IMG/VR virus record: IMGVR_UViG_2695420456_000023
Span: 1-29,209 of that record
DNA: 29,209 nt
Strand: one strand, 5' to 3'
From: a virus
Lineage: Duplodnaviria > Heunggongvirae > Uroviricota > Caudoviricetes
Under the pieces are notes generated by a model. The model had not been told where the DNA came from. It saw nothing but the letters and a program-made list of their open reading frames with translations, and searched no databases. A program made the position numbers and the translations under genes. Below are positions 19,175 to 28,272 of the stretch, one piece after another (positions within the stretch are counted from its first letter, which is position 1; every line of letters begins with the position of its first letter).

Positions 19175-19445
19175 GTTTCAGTTCCTCAATCCGGTGTTGT
19201 CGTTGTCTCAGCAGTGCACTGGTCTGTTCTGCTTCGGCATAGAGCCGCGCCTGCTCCCGGTTGTTAGTTTCAGTCAGAATGGACAGGCTGATAAGCTGGT
19301 TGTTGCTCTTTGCCAGCGCCTGGCTTTTGCTCTGCAGCTCGTCTGCCTGCGTGCTGATGGTCTGGCTGGCATCAGCCAGCCGCCACGTCTGCCAGCCCAG
19401 CGCCGCCAGTAATAACGCCAGCACACCCAGCAGCAACCGGTTCAT
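19017..19445 (-). CDS. lysB: inner-membrane spanin component (LysB/Rz-like)
   Basis: N-terminal transmembrane helix followed by a charged coiled-coil region (REQARLYAEAEQ...EELKRENEDLRR); P2 lysB position. Confidence 0.75.
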   Translation of the reverse strand: MNRLLLGVLALLLAALGWQTWRLADASQTISTQADELQSKSQALAKSNNQLISLSILTETNNREQARLYAEAEQTSALLRQRQHRIEELKRENEDLRRWADTPLPADIIRLRKRPAFTGGAAYRQWLSASDAVSAGSGRAAY

Positions 19446-19819
19446 GCTGCTACCTGTTGCGCCATCTGATTACGGGTGATCCAGAAGGCAATAACGGTCA
19501 GTAGATAAAAGACCAGGGTAATAGCCCACCCCGTCCAGGCGAGACTTACAACAATCAGCAATCGCATCACCCAACTGGTAAATACGTTTTCTTTTCGGGT
19601 AATTGTCTTCAGCAAAGATGCCCTTAACTGCTGCCAGAGCGGGCCATTCTTAATTAACGCAGCCAGTGCTACCGGAATTACCGCCCATGTCAGCAAACAG
19701 GCTACCCAAACGCCGGACGCTGCCAGTACCGGAAAAATCCCCTGCGGATACACCATTGCTGCGATTAACAGCGCCATCCATAACATCAGAAACAGTCCGC
19801 TGATTAATTTCTTTTTCAT
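19442..19819 (-). CDS. lysA: lysis regulatory membrane protein (LysA-like)
   Basis: Multi-pass membrane protein immediately downstream of the endolysin gene; start chosen at MKKKLISGL, which abuts the K stop codon. The ORF track extends to 19891. Confidence 0.6.
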   Translation of the reverse strand: MKKKLISGLFLMLWMALLIAAMVYPQGIFPVLAASGVWVACLLTWAVIPVALAALIKNGPLWQQLRASLLKTITRKENVFTSWVMRLLIVVSLAWTGWAITLVFYLLTVIAFWITRNQMAQQVAA

Positions 19820-19820
19820 T

Positions 19821-20333
19821 TCAGTTTGCTCCCTGTAAACACCAGGCCATCTCCCGCGCACGGCGGTTATCCAGCCCCTGATTAAAAACACCTTTCACAT
19901 AAACCCAGCGCGGCAACTGTCGGCATGCATCCGCCCAGCGCCGCTGATTGAGCAATTTCACCAGCGTGGAACTACAGGCATTGCCCGTCCCCACGTTGAA
20001 GGCAAACGACACCGTAGCGTCATACACCTTCTGCGGCGGCTGTTGCTTCACACACCTTTCCAGCGCCCGCTCCACTCGTAGCACGTTGGAGATCAGCCCT
20101 TCAGCTGCCTGTCGTTCCGTAATAATTTTGCCGGGAATGACGCCCGACGTATTACCAATGCCGTCGGTCCAGACACCCGCGCTGCACTGATACGGCTGCA
20201 GACGACAGCCTTCATAATCGGCGATCAGTTTCAGTCCCTCCTCGGAGGTGTGAAGCTGCTGAAACCCCGGCAGCGTGGCAGCAATAGCCAGCACGGCCCC
20301 GACAAGGCAGCGTTTAACGATTGATGGATTCAT
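19821..20333 (-). CDS. K: endolysin (lysozyme-like) with N-terminal signal-anchor-like hydrophobic segment
   Basis: 170 aa; N-terminal hydrophobic stretch VGAVLAIAATLPGF then a lysozyme-like domain; P2 K position. Confidence 0.85.
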   Translation of the reverse strand: MNPSIVKRCLVGAVLAIAATLPGFQQLHTSEEGLKLIADYEGCRLQPYQCSAGVWTDGIGNTSGVIPGKIITERQAAEGLISNVLRVERALERCVKQQPPQKVYDATVSFAFNVGTGNACSSTLVKLLNQRRWADACRQLPRWVYVKGVFNQGLDNRRAREMAWCLQGAN

Positions 20334-20529
20334 AGTCCTCCCGCGAGATCTGCCCGTCGCGCAGAAGCTGGTAGGCTTTGTGTTTGTAGTACCAGTTGAT
20401 AGCCAGCATCAGCACACCGATCATCAGGCCGCCCAGCGTTGAGGCATCCTTGATGGACAAATCGCCCAGCCAGGCCAGCACGACGGCGATGCAATACGTG
20501 ATAAAGGCGCTGATTCGCTCAAGCGTCAT
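20314..20529 (-). CDS. holin (in the position of P2 Y)
   Basis: 71 aa with two hydrophobic helices and a charged C-terminus, overlapping the endolysin start; shorter than P2 Y as I recall it, so it may belong to a different holin family. Confidence 0.65.
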   Translation of the reverse strand: MTLERISAFITYCIAVVLAWLGDLSIKDASTLGGLMIGVLMLAINWYYKHKAYQLLRDGQISREDYESINR

Positions 20530-20532
20530 AAT

Positions 20533-20736
20533 TCAGTCCCATAGCTGGACGGTCTGCACGGTGGTGGTTGTCGGAATGTCCGGCAGCTCCACCTGCAGCC
20601 CGTGAGGTAAAAAGGGGACGTATTCGGCAAGCCCCGGATTTGCCTTCAGTACCTGCTCCGTGACACCCTGCGTGCGCCCGTAATGACGCCAGCAAAGTGC
20701 GTCCACCGTGTCATACTGATGCGCACGCACTTTCAT
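20533..20736 (-). CDS. X: tail protein X
   Basis: 67 aa between L and the holin, as in P2. Confidence 0.8.
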   Translation of the reverse strand: MKVRAHQYDTVDALCWRHYGRTQGVTEQVLKANPGLAEYVPFLPHGLQVELPDIPTTTTVQTVQLWD

Positions 20737-21263
20737 CAGATAAGCTCCACTGTGCAGTGCGGCGCATCCTGCACCCGGCTGATGGCCCAGCGGGCGTCAC
20801 GCCATAAATCACCGCTTGCTTCCGCCAGTTCCTCGCCTCGCTTCGCACCGGATGCCGTGGCGTCATAGTCCTGGTAACGTTCGTTGAGCATGGCGCGTGC
20901 CCAGCAATAAACCGCGTTGAAATAGTGCTGAATGCGCTCGCTTTTGCCGTCCAGTTGTTCCGCCGGGACTTCTGCCAGCGAGGCATACCCCAGCATCTGC
21001 TGGCGTCTGCGAAACTCATACAGCTCTGCGTTGACCTCCGAAATTGCCGACAGGGCAACCTGTTTTAAACGCGGCTGCGTCACCGTGCCGTCAGTGCGCA
21101 TCACACTGCGAAACTCCGACAGGTCCACATCAGGCCAGAACGGCGTATTCCTGATGATTTCCGCCTGTTCCGGTGCCTGTTCTGGCGCAACAAACTTCAT
21201 GCTGCTTTCTCCTGAAATAGAGGGCGGTGGACGGGGTTTTGATGTGGCAGTGCCTTTCGCCAC
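20736..21263 (-). CDS. L: head completion/stabilisation protein L
   Basis: 175 aa following M in P2 order. Confidence 0.85.
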   Translation of the reverse strand: MAKGTATSKPRPPPSISGESSMKFVAPEQAPEQAEIIRNTPFWPDVDLSEFRSVMRTDGTVTQPRLKQVALSAISEVNAELYEFRRRQQMLGYASLAEVPAEQLDGKSERIQHYFNAVYCWARAMLNERYQDYDATASGAKRGEELAEASGDLWRDARWAISRVQDAPHCTVELI

Positions 21264-21295
21264 CCCGTGCCGCCCGTGCGCGGGGGCACGTTCTG

Positions 21296-21946
21296 TCAGC
21301 GGCTGTCATTGCGCAGTCTGCGCTCCAGCTGCTGTTTGTCTTTTTTCACGCCACAGCGGGGATCGAGCTGTAACGCATGGTTGAGATGATTAAGGGCAGA
21401 CGCCGGATTTCTTTCACTCAGGACAGCGCCAATCGCTTTATGCAGACGCGCCCGTGATTGGTCCGGCATATCCATACCGTCTGTCAGCTCCAGGGTCTGC
21501 AGCAACAGATCGGCATCAAAGCCGGTGGCGGCAAGCATTGCGCTCTGGGCTGCATCTGCCATTTCCTCTGCCAGCACGGTCTGCACGTTGCGGTTACCTA
21601 ACGGCATCACCCAGCCATGACGCAGGGCGTGACGCCCGATCTCCAGCGCCCCGGCATAATCTCCGGCATCAATGCGCCACAGCATCACGTACATCAGCAC
21701 GTCATCCTGTTGAGCGCCTCCGGCAGCCAGGACACCCTCCGCCCAAGCGGCGTACTTCGGCAGCAGCTCCACCTTGATTTCCGCTTTTTTGACCGTGGAC
21801 TGAACGCCCTTGAGACGGCGGCGGTCTTCCGCCAGTTGCAGCAGCATCAGGTCATAGCCCGACGCGTGGCGAACGCTGCCGCCCTCGCGGGCGGCCTGTT
21901 CAGCCTGAACGCGCAGGCGATGCTGCCGTGCGGGACTCAGGCTCAT
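21296..21946 (-). CDS. M: terminase small (endonuclease) subunit M
   Basis: 216 aa following the major capsid gene in P2 order. Confidence 0.85.
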   Translation of the reverse strand: MSLSPARQHRLRVQAEQAAREGGSVRHASGYDLMLLQLAEDRRRLKGVQSTVKKAEIKVELLPKYAAWAEGVLAAGGAQQDDVLMYVMLWRIDAGDYAGALEIGRHALRHGWVMPLGNRNVQTVLAEEMADAAQSAMLAATGFDADLLLQTLELTDGMDMPDQSRARLHKAIGAVLSERNPASALNHLNHALQLDPRCGVKKDKQQLERRLRNDSR

Positions 21947-21949
21947 GAA

Positions 21950-23008
21950 TTACGCTCCGGTTTCTGCTGCTGCGGCGCTGAAGTCGCCAATCTGGATGTT
22001 TTCCACCAGTGCGGCGCAGCGGTAGTCCTCAACCACATAGGCTTCGTTAACGGATTCAAAGTTTTCAATCCGGTCACGTTTCGGGTTGTCGATAACTGAG
22101 CGGCGGCGGGTGTCTTCCTGCCAGTAGATGGACAGGTTATCCAGACGGGTGATCAGCAGTGCATTCGGCGGGAAGAACGGCGCACGCACGGCCTGCAGGC
22201 CACCCATGCGTTTCTGACTGATGATCATATCGGCAGCCAGTTTTTCACTGTTTTCCTGCTCTTTGTTGACCAGCGGGAAATACTTGTCAGACAGCAGTTC
22301 ACGACCGCAAATCACCACCAGATCGTCATCGTCCTGGTAGACCACATCGATAAGCTCATTGACGGCATCCATCACCACGGCGTCCAGGTTGGCATATTCG
22401 CCACCTTTCCCGACTTTCACCGCACCCGGTGTGGTTTCACCGCCCGTGGTGGTGCTGCCCATGACGTGATCCGGTGCATCTTCACGGATTTTCTGCAGCC
22501 AGCCTTTGTTCACATCCTGCAGCAGCGGGTTATCGCTACGGTTGGAGGTTTTCGCACGCTTCACGCCGTTAAAGCCGATCATGATGCGGTCCAGTGCCTG
22601 ACGTTTCACGATGGCGTCACGGATGCGCACCTGGAAATCCTGAAACTTCGCCCACAGGTCCAGCTTCGCGTAGGTCAGCACCGTGTCAAAGTTGGTCTGC
22701 TCGCATTTGTATTCCACATCGACCATCAGCGTCGGATCGACAGGTTCACGCTCTTTCGCGGTGGTGTCAGTGGTTCCGGCAATGGTGCTGCCAACCCCCA
22801 GCCCCAGCAGCTGACCGGACTGCTCAGTCACTGGCGTGACGTTAATCAGCGTCAGGAAAGCGGCGGACTGCTGGATCTGGTCTTCCAGCGTCTGCTGTAC
22901 AGACGGCTCCACGGTGAACTTGCTGGACAGTTCTTCAACTGCCACACCGTTCAGACGCGCCAGCTGCTGCAGGTAAGCGTTAAAAGCAAAGCGGGTATTC
23001 TTCTTCAT
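21950..23008 (-). CDS. N: major capsid protein N
   Basis: 352 aa following the scaffold gene; size and position of P2 gpN. Confidence 0.9.
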   Translation of the reverse strand: MKKNTRFAFNAYLQQLARLNGVAVEELSSKFTVEPSVQQTLEDQIQQSAAFLTLINVTPVTEQSGQLLGLGVGSTIAGTTDTTAKEREPVDPTLMVDVEYKCEQTNFDTVLTYAKLDLWAKFQDFQVRIRDAIVKRQALDRIMIGFNGVKRAKTSNRSDNPLLQDVNKGWLQKIREDAPDHVMGSTTTGGETTPGAVKVGKGGEYANLDAVVMDAVNELIDVVYQDDDDLVVICGRELLSDKYFPLVNKEQENSEKLAADMIISQKRMGGLQAVRAPFFPPNALLITRLDNLSIYWQEDTRRRSVIDNPKRDRIENFESVNEAYVVEDYRCAALVENIQIGDFSAAAAETGA

Positions 23009-23024
23009 CAGGTTTTGTGCTCCA

Positions 23025-23858
23025 TCAGCAATTGGTCAGAGTGTCAGCGGGGGCGTTACCGCCTGTTGCACGCTGGCGGTAGTCCTGGCGGCTGTCTTCA
23101 TGACTCAGCTTGTCCACCAGTTCGTTAAAGGCGGTTTGCTGTGCCTGCAGGGCAGTCTCCAGCGCAGACAGGCGTTCTTCCTGCTCAGACAGGGATTTTT
23201 CGGTGCGTGCGCTCAGGTTCTGCTGCTCAGTGGCGACCAGCTCCACGGCCTTATGCACATCAGAGAACCGGGCGTCATCGGACTGCTCTTTTTTGGTAAA
23301 CAGCGCCGTGACGCGGGCAAACAGGGACGGTTTGTCGTCCTGGACTTCTTCCAGTTCGATCACCGTTTCCTCTGCGGCGGTAAAGAGATTGGCGGGATTC
23401 TGCTTGCGGTTTGCCAGCGGGTTATGGGCTGCGCTGGCGCTGAATGTCAGCATTTCAGTGCCCAGACTGGCAGGGTCATCAGTGGCAGCCAGGCCGACCA
23501 GGTAGGCTTTGCCCGTATCAGCGAACTTCGGGCTGACTTCCATAGAGGTGAATAATTTCTGGCCTTTTTTCACCAGTTCCACCAGGGACTCCGTTGGCTC
23601 AACGTCAGCATACAGCGCCATCTTGCCTGCCAGCGGACCTTCCGTGATTTCTTCAGCAAACAGCGCCGTCACCTTGCCGTAGCGGTTAAAGGTGCTGTCC
23701 GGCAGATAAGACTTGATGTGCTCAAGGTTAATCAGCGCGGTATACACCGCCGGGTTATAGCTGGCTGCCATCTGTTCCAGCCATTCACGCTGGATTTCGC
23801 GTCCGTCGGTGGTGGCACCTTCCACCCCGATGCGAAAACGCTTTGCTTTCACTGTCAT
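23025..23858 (-). CDS. O: capsid scaffolding protein O
   Basis: 277 aa, first gene of the O-N-M-L operon, divergent from P. Confidence 0.9.
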   Translation of the reverse strand: MTVKAKRFRIGVEGATTDGREIQREWLEQMAASYNPAVYTALINLEHIKSYLPDSTFNRYGKVTALFAEEITEGPLAGKMALYADVEPTESLVELVKKGQKLFTSMEVSPKFADTGKAYLVGLAATDDPASLGTEMLTFSASAAHNPLANRKQNPANLFTAAEETVIELEEVQDDKPSLFARVTALFTKKEQSDDARFSDVHKAVELVATEQQNLSARTEKSLSEQEERLSALETALQAQQTAFNELVDKLSHEDSRQDYRQRATGGNAPADTLTNC

Positions 23859-23936
23859 GAGCCGTGCTCCGTTAGAAAAAACTTACTGGAGCCTTATGGT
23901 TGCGGTGATGGGGGCAGTGAAACAATGCGCGGTATT

Positions 23937-23954
23937 TGTACCGACAACCACACA
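23937..23954 (-). promoter_or_regulatory. putative Ogr-dependent late promoter element (P_O-like), TGT-N12-ACA dyad
   Basis: tgtaccgacaaccacaca sits about 87 bp upstream of the O start codon in the P/O divergent region, with the same geometry and extended sequence as the element upstream of FI. Confidence 0.4.
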
Positions 23955-24000
23955 AACCGCAGGCGGGGAAAGCCTTCATTCAAGGCTGTAGGTTTGTGCC

Positions 24001-25767
24001 ATGAACACCACACTGACACCCGCAGATCTCGATCCCCGTCGGCAGGCCATGCTGCTGTACTTTCAGGGATACCGCGTAGCCCGCATTGCTGAAATGCTGG
24101 GCGAGAAAGTTGCAACCGTTCACAGCTGGAAAAAACGCGACAAGTGGGGTGACTATGGGCCGCTGGATCAGATGCAGCTCACCACCGCCGCACGCTACTG
24201 CCAGCTCATTATGAAGGAGCACAAAGAAGGGAAAGATTTCAAAGAGATTGACCTGCTGGCGCGCCAGTCGGAGCGCCATGCGCGGATCGGCAAGTTTAAC
24301 AATGGCGGCAACGAAGCCGACTTAAACCCTAACGTCGCCAACCGCAACAAAGGCCCGCGCCGTCAGCCGGAAAAGAACGTTTTCACCGATGAACAGATTG
24401 AGAAGTTGGAAGAAATCTTCCATTCCTCCATGTTCAACTACCAGCGCCACTGGTGGGAAGCCGGAAAAACCAACCGCATCCGCAACCTGCTGAAGTCACG
24501 CCAGATCGGCGCGACCTTCTATTTTGCCCGTGAAGCCCTGATTGACGCCCTGCTAACCGGGCGTAACCAGATTTTCCTTTCCGCCAGCAAGGCTCAGGCC
24601 CACGTCTTTAAGCAGTACATCATCGACTTCGCCAAAGAAGTGGAGGTGGAGCTGAAAGGCGATCCGATGGTGCTTCCTAACGGGGCCACGCTGTACTTCC
24701 TCGGCACCAATGCCCGCACGGCCCAGAGTTACCACGGCAACCTGTATCTGGATGAATATTTCTGGATACCGAAATTCCAGGAGCTGCGCAAAGTGGCTTC
24801 CGGTATGGCTATTCACAAAAAATGGCGACAAACCTATTTTTCCACGCCATCCAGCCTGACACACAGTGCTTATCCGTTCTGGTCCGGTGCGCTGTTCAAC
24901 CGAGGGCGCAACAAAGCCGATAAGGTGGACATCGACCTGTCCCACAGCAATCTGGCCCCCGGCCTGCTGTGCGCAGACGGGCAGTACCGCCAGATAGTCA
25001 CTGTGGAAGATGCGGTGCGCGGCGGCTGTAACCTGTTCGACCTCGACCAGTTGCGCATGGAGTACAGCCCGGACGAATACCAGAACCTGCTGATGTGTGA
25101 GTTCGTGGACGATCTCGCGTCTGTGTTCCCACTCAGCGAGCTGCAGGCGTGCATGGTGGACAGTTGGGAAGTCTGGACCGACTTTCATGCACTGGCCCTG
25201 CGCCCGTTTGGCTGGCGCGAAGTGTGGATCGGATATGACCCGGCGAAAGGTACGCAGAACGGCGACAGCGCCGGATGCGTGGTGGTGGCGCCGCCAGCCG
25301 TGCCGGGCGGTAAGTTCCGCATTCTTGAGCGTCACCAGTGGCGCGGAATGGACTTCCGCGCCCAGGCTGACGCCATCAAAAAACTGACCGAACAGTACAA
25401 CGTGACCTATATCGGTATCGACTCAACCGGCGTTGGTCACGGGGTTTACGAGAACGTGAAAGCGTTTTTTCCTGCCGTCCGGGAGTTTGTCTACAACCCC
25501 AACGTTAAAAACGCCCTGGTACTCAAGGCCTACGACATTATCAGCCACCGCCGTCTGGAGTTTGACGCCGGACACACCGACATAGCGCAGTCCTTTATGG
25601 CAATCCGTCGCGCCACCACCGCCAGTGGCAACCGCCCGACCTATGAAGCCAGCCGCAGCGAAGAAGCCAGCCACGCCGATCTGGCCTGGGCAACGATGCA
25701 CGCACTGTTTAACGAACCGCTGCAGGGCGAATCCGCCAATACCAGCAATATTGTGGAGATTTTTTGA
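24001..25767 (+). CDS. P: terminase large (ATPase) subunit P
   Basis: 588 aa, divergent from O and overlapping the start of Q by 4 bp; P2 gpP position. Confidence 0.9.
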   Translation: MNTTLTPADLDPRRQAMLLYFQGYRVARIAEMLGEKVATVHSWKKRDKWGDYGPLDQMQLTTAARYCQLIMKEHKEGKDFKEIDLLARQSERHARIGKFNNGGNEADLNPNVANRNKGPRRQPEKNVFTDEQIEKLEEIFHSSMFNYQRHWWEAGKTNRIRNLLKSRQIGATFYFAREALIDALLTGRNQIFLSASKAQAHVFKQYIIDFAKEVEVELKGDPMVLPNGATLYFLGTNARTAQSYHGNLYLDEYFWIPKFQELRKVASGMAIHKKWRQTYFSTPSSLTHSAYPFWSGALFNRGRNKADKVDIDLSHSNLAPGLLCADGQYRQIVTVEDAVRGGCNLFDLDQLRMEYSPDEYQNLLMCEFVDDLASVFPLSELQACMVDSWEVWTDFHALALRPFGWREVWIGYDPAKGTQNGDSAGCVVVAPPAVPGGKFRILERHQWRGMDFRAQADAIKKLTEQYNVTYIGIDSTGVGHGVYENVKAFFPAVREFVYNPNVKNALVLKAYDIISHRRLEFDAGHTDIAQSFMAIRRATTASGNRPTYEASRSEEASHADLAWATMHALFNEPLQGESANTSNIVEIF

Positions 25768-26798
25768 TGGGAAAGAGTAAGAAGAACCGCGCTGCGGCGA
25801 CGAAACAGATCCAGCTTAAAAGTCAAACTACAGCCGAAGCATTCAGCTTCGGCGATCCCGTTCCTGTTCTGGACCGCCGAGAACTGCTGGATTATGTGGA
25901 ATGCGTACAGATGGACCGTTGGTATGAGCCGCCCGTCAGCTTTGACGGACTGGCGCGCACCTTCCGCGCCGCCGTGCATCACAGTTCCCCGATTGCAGTA
26001 AAGTGCAACATTCTGACCAGTACCTATATCCCTCATCCGCTGCTCAGCCAGCAGGCTTTTTCGCGTTTTGTGCAGGACTATCTGGTATTTGGTAACGCCT
26101 ACCTGGAGAAACGCACGAACCGATTCGGTGAAGTTATCGCTCTTGAGCCTGCGCTTGCAAAATACACCCGACGCGGATTAGACCTGGATACCTACTGGTT
26201 TATGCAATACGGTATGACAACCCAGCCGTATCAGTTCACGAAAGGCAGCATTTTTCATCTGATGGAACCGGATATTAATCAGGAGATCTACGGCCTGCCC
26301 GGCTATCTTTCTGCCATCCCATCCGCTTTGCTCAACGAGTCCGCCACGCTGTTCCGCCGCAAGTATTACATTAACGGCAGTCATGCAGGCTTCATCATGT
26401 ACATGACCGATGCGGCGCAGAACCAGGAGGATGTGAACAACCTCCGCAACGCGATGAAAAGCGCCAAAGGTCCAGGCAATTTCCGCAACCTGTTTATGTA
26501 CTCACCTAATGGCAAAAAGGATGGGCTTCAGATCATTCCTCTGTCAGAAGTTGCGGCGAAGGATGAGTTTCTGAATATCAAAAATGTCAGCCGCGATGAC
26601 ATGATGGCTGCGCACCGCGTACCACCGCAAATGATGGGGATTATACCTAATAATGTTGGAGGATTTGGGGATGTGGAAAAGGCTAGCTGTGTGTTTGTGA
26701 GGAATGAGCTAATACCATTACAGGAAAGAATAAAAGGATTAAATAGTTGGTCTAATGAGAATATAATCCAATTCAAACCGTATACACTTGAATTCTAA
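25764..26798 (+). CDS. Q: portal protein Q
   Basis: 344 aa downstream of P; the final 160 bp or so of the gene are AT-rich. Confidence 0.9.
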   Translation: MMGKSKKNRAAATKQIQLKSQTTAEAFSFGDPVPVLDRRELLDYVECVQMDRWYEPPVSFDGLARTFRAAVHHSSPIAVKCNILTSTYIPHPLLSQQAFSRFVQDYLVFGNAYLEKRTNRFGEVIALEPALAKYTRRGLDLDTYWFMQYGMTTQPYQFTKGSIFHLMEPDINQEIYGLPGYLSAIPSALLNESATLFRRKYYINGSHAGFIMYMTDAAQNQEDVNNLRNAMKSAKGPGNFRNLFMYSPNGKKDGLQIIPLSEVAAKDEFLNIKNVSRDDMMAAHRVPPQMMGIIPNNVGGFGDVEKASCVFVRNELIPLQERIKGLNSWSNENIIQFKPYTLEF

Positions 26799-26801
26799 GA
26801 T

Positions 26802-26826
26802 AATGGGCGCCTACATAGGCGCCATT
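26802..26826. terminator. GC-rich palindromic hairpin between convergent Q and the cargo ATPase gene
   Basis: aatgggcgcc-tacata-ggcgccatt; no clean U-tract on either strand, so terminator function is uncertain. Confidence 0.3.
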
Positions 26827-26846
26827 ATCTATAATAAAGACATGAA

Positions 26847-28115
26847 TTAATTTGGCAACTCCAAATCATCCTTTAGATCTTTGATATCTTGATGTTGCAA
26901 CCATATTAGGAAGCCTTTATCAACAACATTCAGTTTCCTATTTGTTTGGTCATAATCCAAAATAATAGGCATTATATTTTTCTTTATTTGCAAAGACGCA
27001 GTTGATTGTAACGACTGAGTAACATTACCCAGGTTTAACTTCTCCCCTCTTGGATGTACACTTTGTAATATTGCCCTTATATCTTTAAATTTCAAACCTA
27101 ATTCAAGTTCACTAATGGTTGATGAAAGGACAGGATATAAAATCCATTTATGCATTTGAAGTTCAGTATCTTGAAATCCATCTGAAAAATTAATAAGGAA
27201 AGAATTGTAACGAGCCGATTGGTCATTAACAATTTTTGCAATGATATCCTTTCCATCCAAACCAGCTCCAATAGTTCTTTTTGTTTGCTGAGTCTCTGAT
27301 ATTCCGCATTCAATACACGCACGCCTACATGCTTCTTGCACTAAATAAATACTATTGAGACAGTGTGTTACTACATCTGCTTTGAAAGTTGGATCAAAAT
27401 CAATGTTAAGGAGTAAACCTCCTTTATCAATTGCCATCTCCAGTTCAGAATCTTGCCATTTGTCTGCGTTAACAGAAATAATCCTGCCAGTTAAGTCACC
27501 ATTGTAAACAATGAGCCGATTATCTTCTAGCCAAACTCCAACAATTACAAAAATAATGCTTGATGTTTCATGAAAGGCTTTTAATGCGATCGAAAAATCT
27601 CTTTGAGTTTCGAAAGGCATATAATGAAAATCCTCAAGAACGATAATCTTCTTGAAATTTATAGATTTTAAAGCCGCTATAACATCATTAACATCATCAA
27701 CATCAATTTCTAAAGGCGCGGTTACTTGTTCATGAGATTTCGTATCTTCGATCTCGCCTCCGGCACTCGCCACAAAACCCAAAATAGAAGTTTTTATTGA
27801 TGCAATTATTTTATTTTTCCCCGTAATACCTTTCTTGGTAGACTGAGTTATTTCGAATCCAGCTCTTTTTAAAATACTTGCATTCAATTCAGATACATCA
27901 GAACGATTCGAACACTGCACCAAAATATAATCATCAGAATTAATACAGTGTTTTCTTACGCAAGTCTTACCCTGCTTTGAACTGCCGTAAATAACAATAT
28001 GTTTCTTTGCTTGTAATTCCTGTTTAAGTTTGAAATCAACATCAGGTCTTTCAATGTAATTAAGTGGCAAATCTCTTGAGAGCCCAAAGATATCATTCGT
28101 ATCAAAAATTTCCAT
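26847..28115 (-). CDS. P-loop ATPase (AAA-like; cargo gene, candidate defence protein)
   Basis: Walker A GSSKQGKT near the N-terminus and Walker B-like IIVLEDFH about 120 residues later; 422 aa, AT-rich, located between Q and the cos-like site. Confidence 0.75.
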   Translation of the reverse strand: MEIFDTNDIFGLSRDLPLNYIERPDVDFKLKQELQAKKHIVIYGSSKQGKTCVRKHCINSDDYILVQCSNRSDVSELNASILKRAGFEITQSTKKGITGKNKIIASIKTSILGFVASAGGEIEDTKSHEQVTAPLEIDVDDVNDVIAALKSINFKKIIVLEDFHYMPFETQRDFSIALKAFHETSSIIFVIVGVWLEDNRLIVYNGDLTGRIISVNADKWQDSELEMAIDKGGLLLNIDFDPTFKADVVTHCLNSIYLVQEACRRACIECGISETQQTKRTIGAGLDGKDIIAKIVNDQSARYNSFLINFSDGFQDTELQMHKWILYPVLSSTISELELGLKFKDIRAILQSVHPRGEKLNLGNVTQSLQSTASLQIKKNIMPIILDYDQTNRKLNVVDKGFLIWLQHQDIKDLKDDLELPN

Positions 28116-28230
28116 TTTAATATTCTCAACGTTCAGAATTTGCTACTAAACATATAATGCTCCGCGTTTTTTTGCAACTTGTCTCGAATATTTATATGAG
28201 ATTGTTCTCATATAAATTAACCAGCGCGCG

Positions 28231-28249
28231 CTCGTATCCCCGCCACGCC
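28231..28249 (-). other. cos-like cohesive-end site
   Basis: Minus strand reads GGCGTGGCGGGGATACGAG. From memory the P2 and 186 cohesive ends begin GGCG(A/T)GGCGGGGA; orientation relative to Q is as expected for P2. It is a GC-rich island inside AT-rich cargo. Confidence 0.5.
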
Positions 28250-28272
28250 TGCCCGCTTTATGTAGTTGTTTT

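Noticed and set aside
22466-23128. 220-aa plus-strand ORF overlapping N and O
   Set aside because: Antisense to the capsid and scaffold genes; no independent support.
24553-25335. 260-aa minus-strand ORF inside terminase gene P
   Set aside because: Antisense shadow ORF; the plus-strand P gene is continuous and in conserved P2 order.
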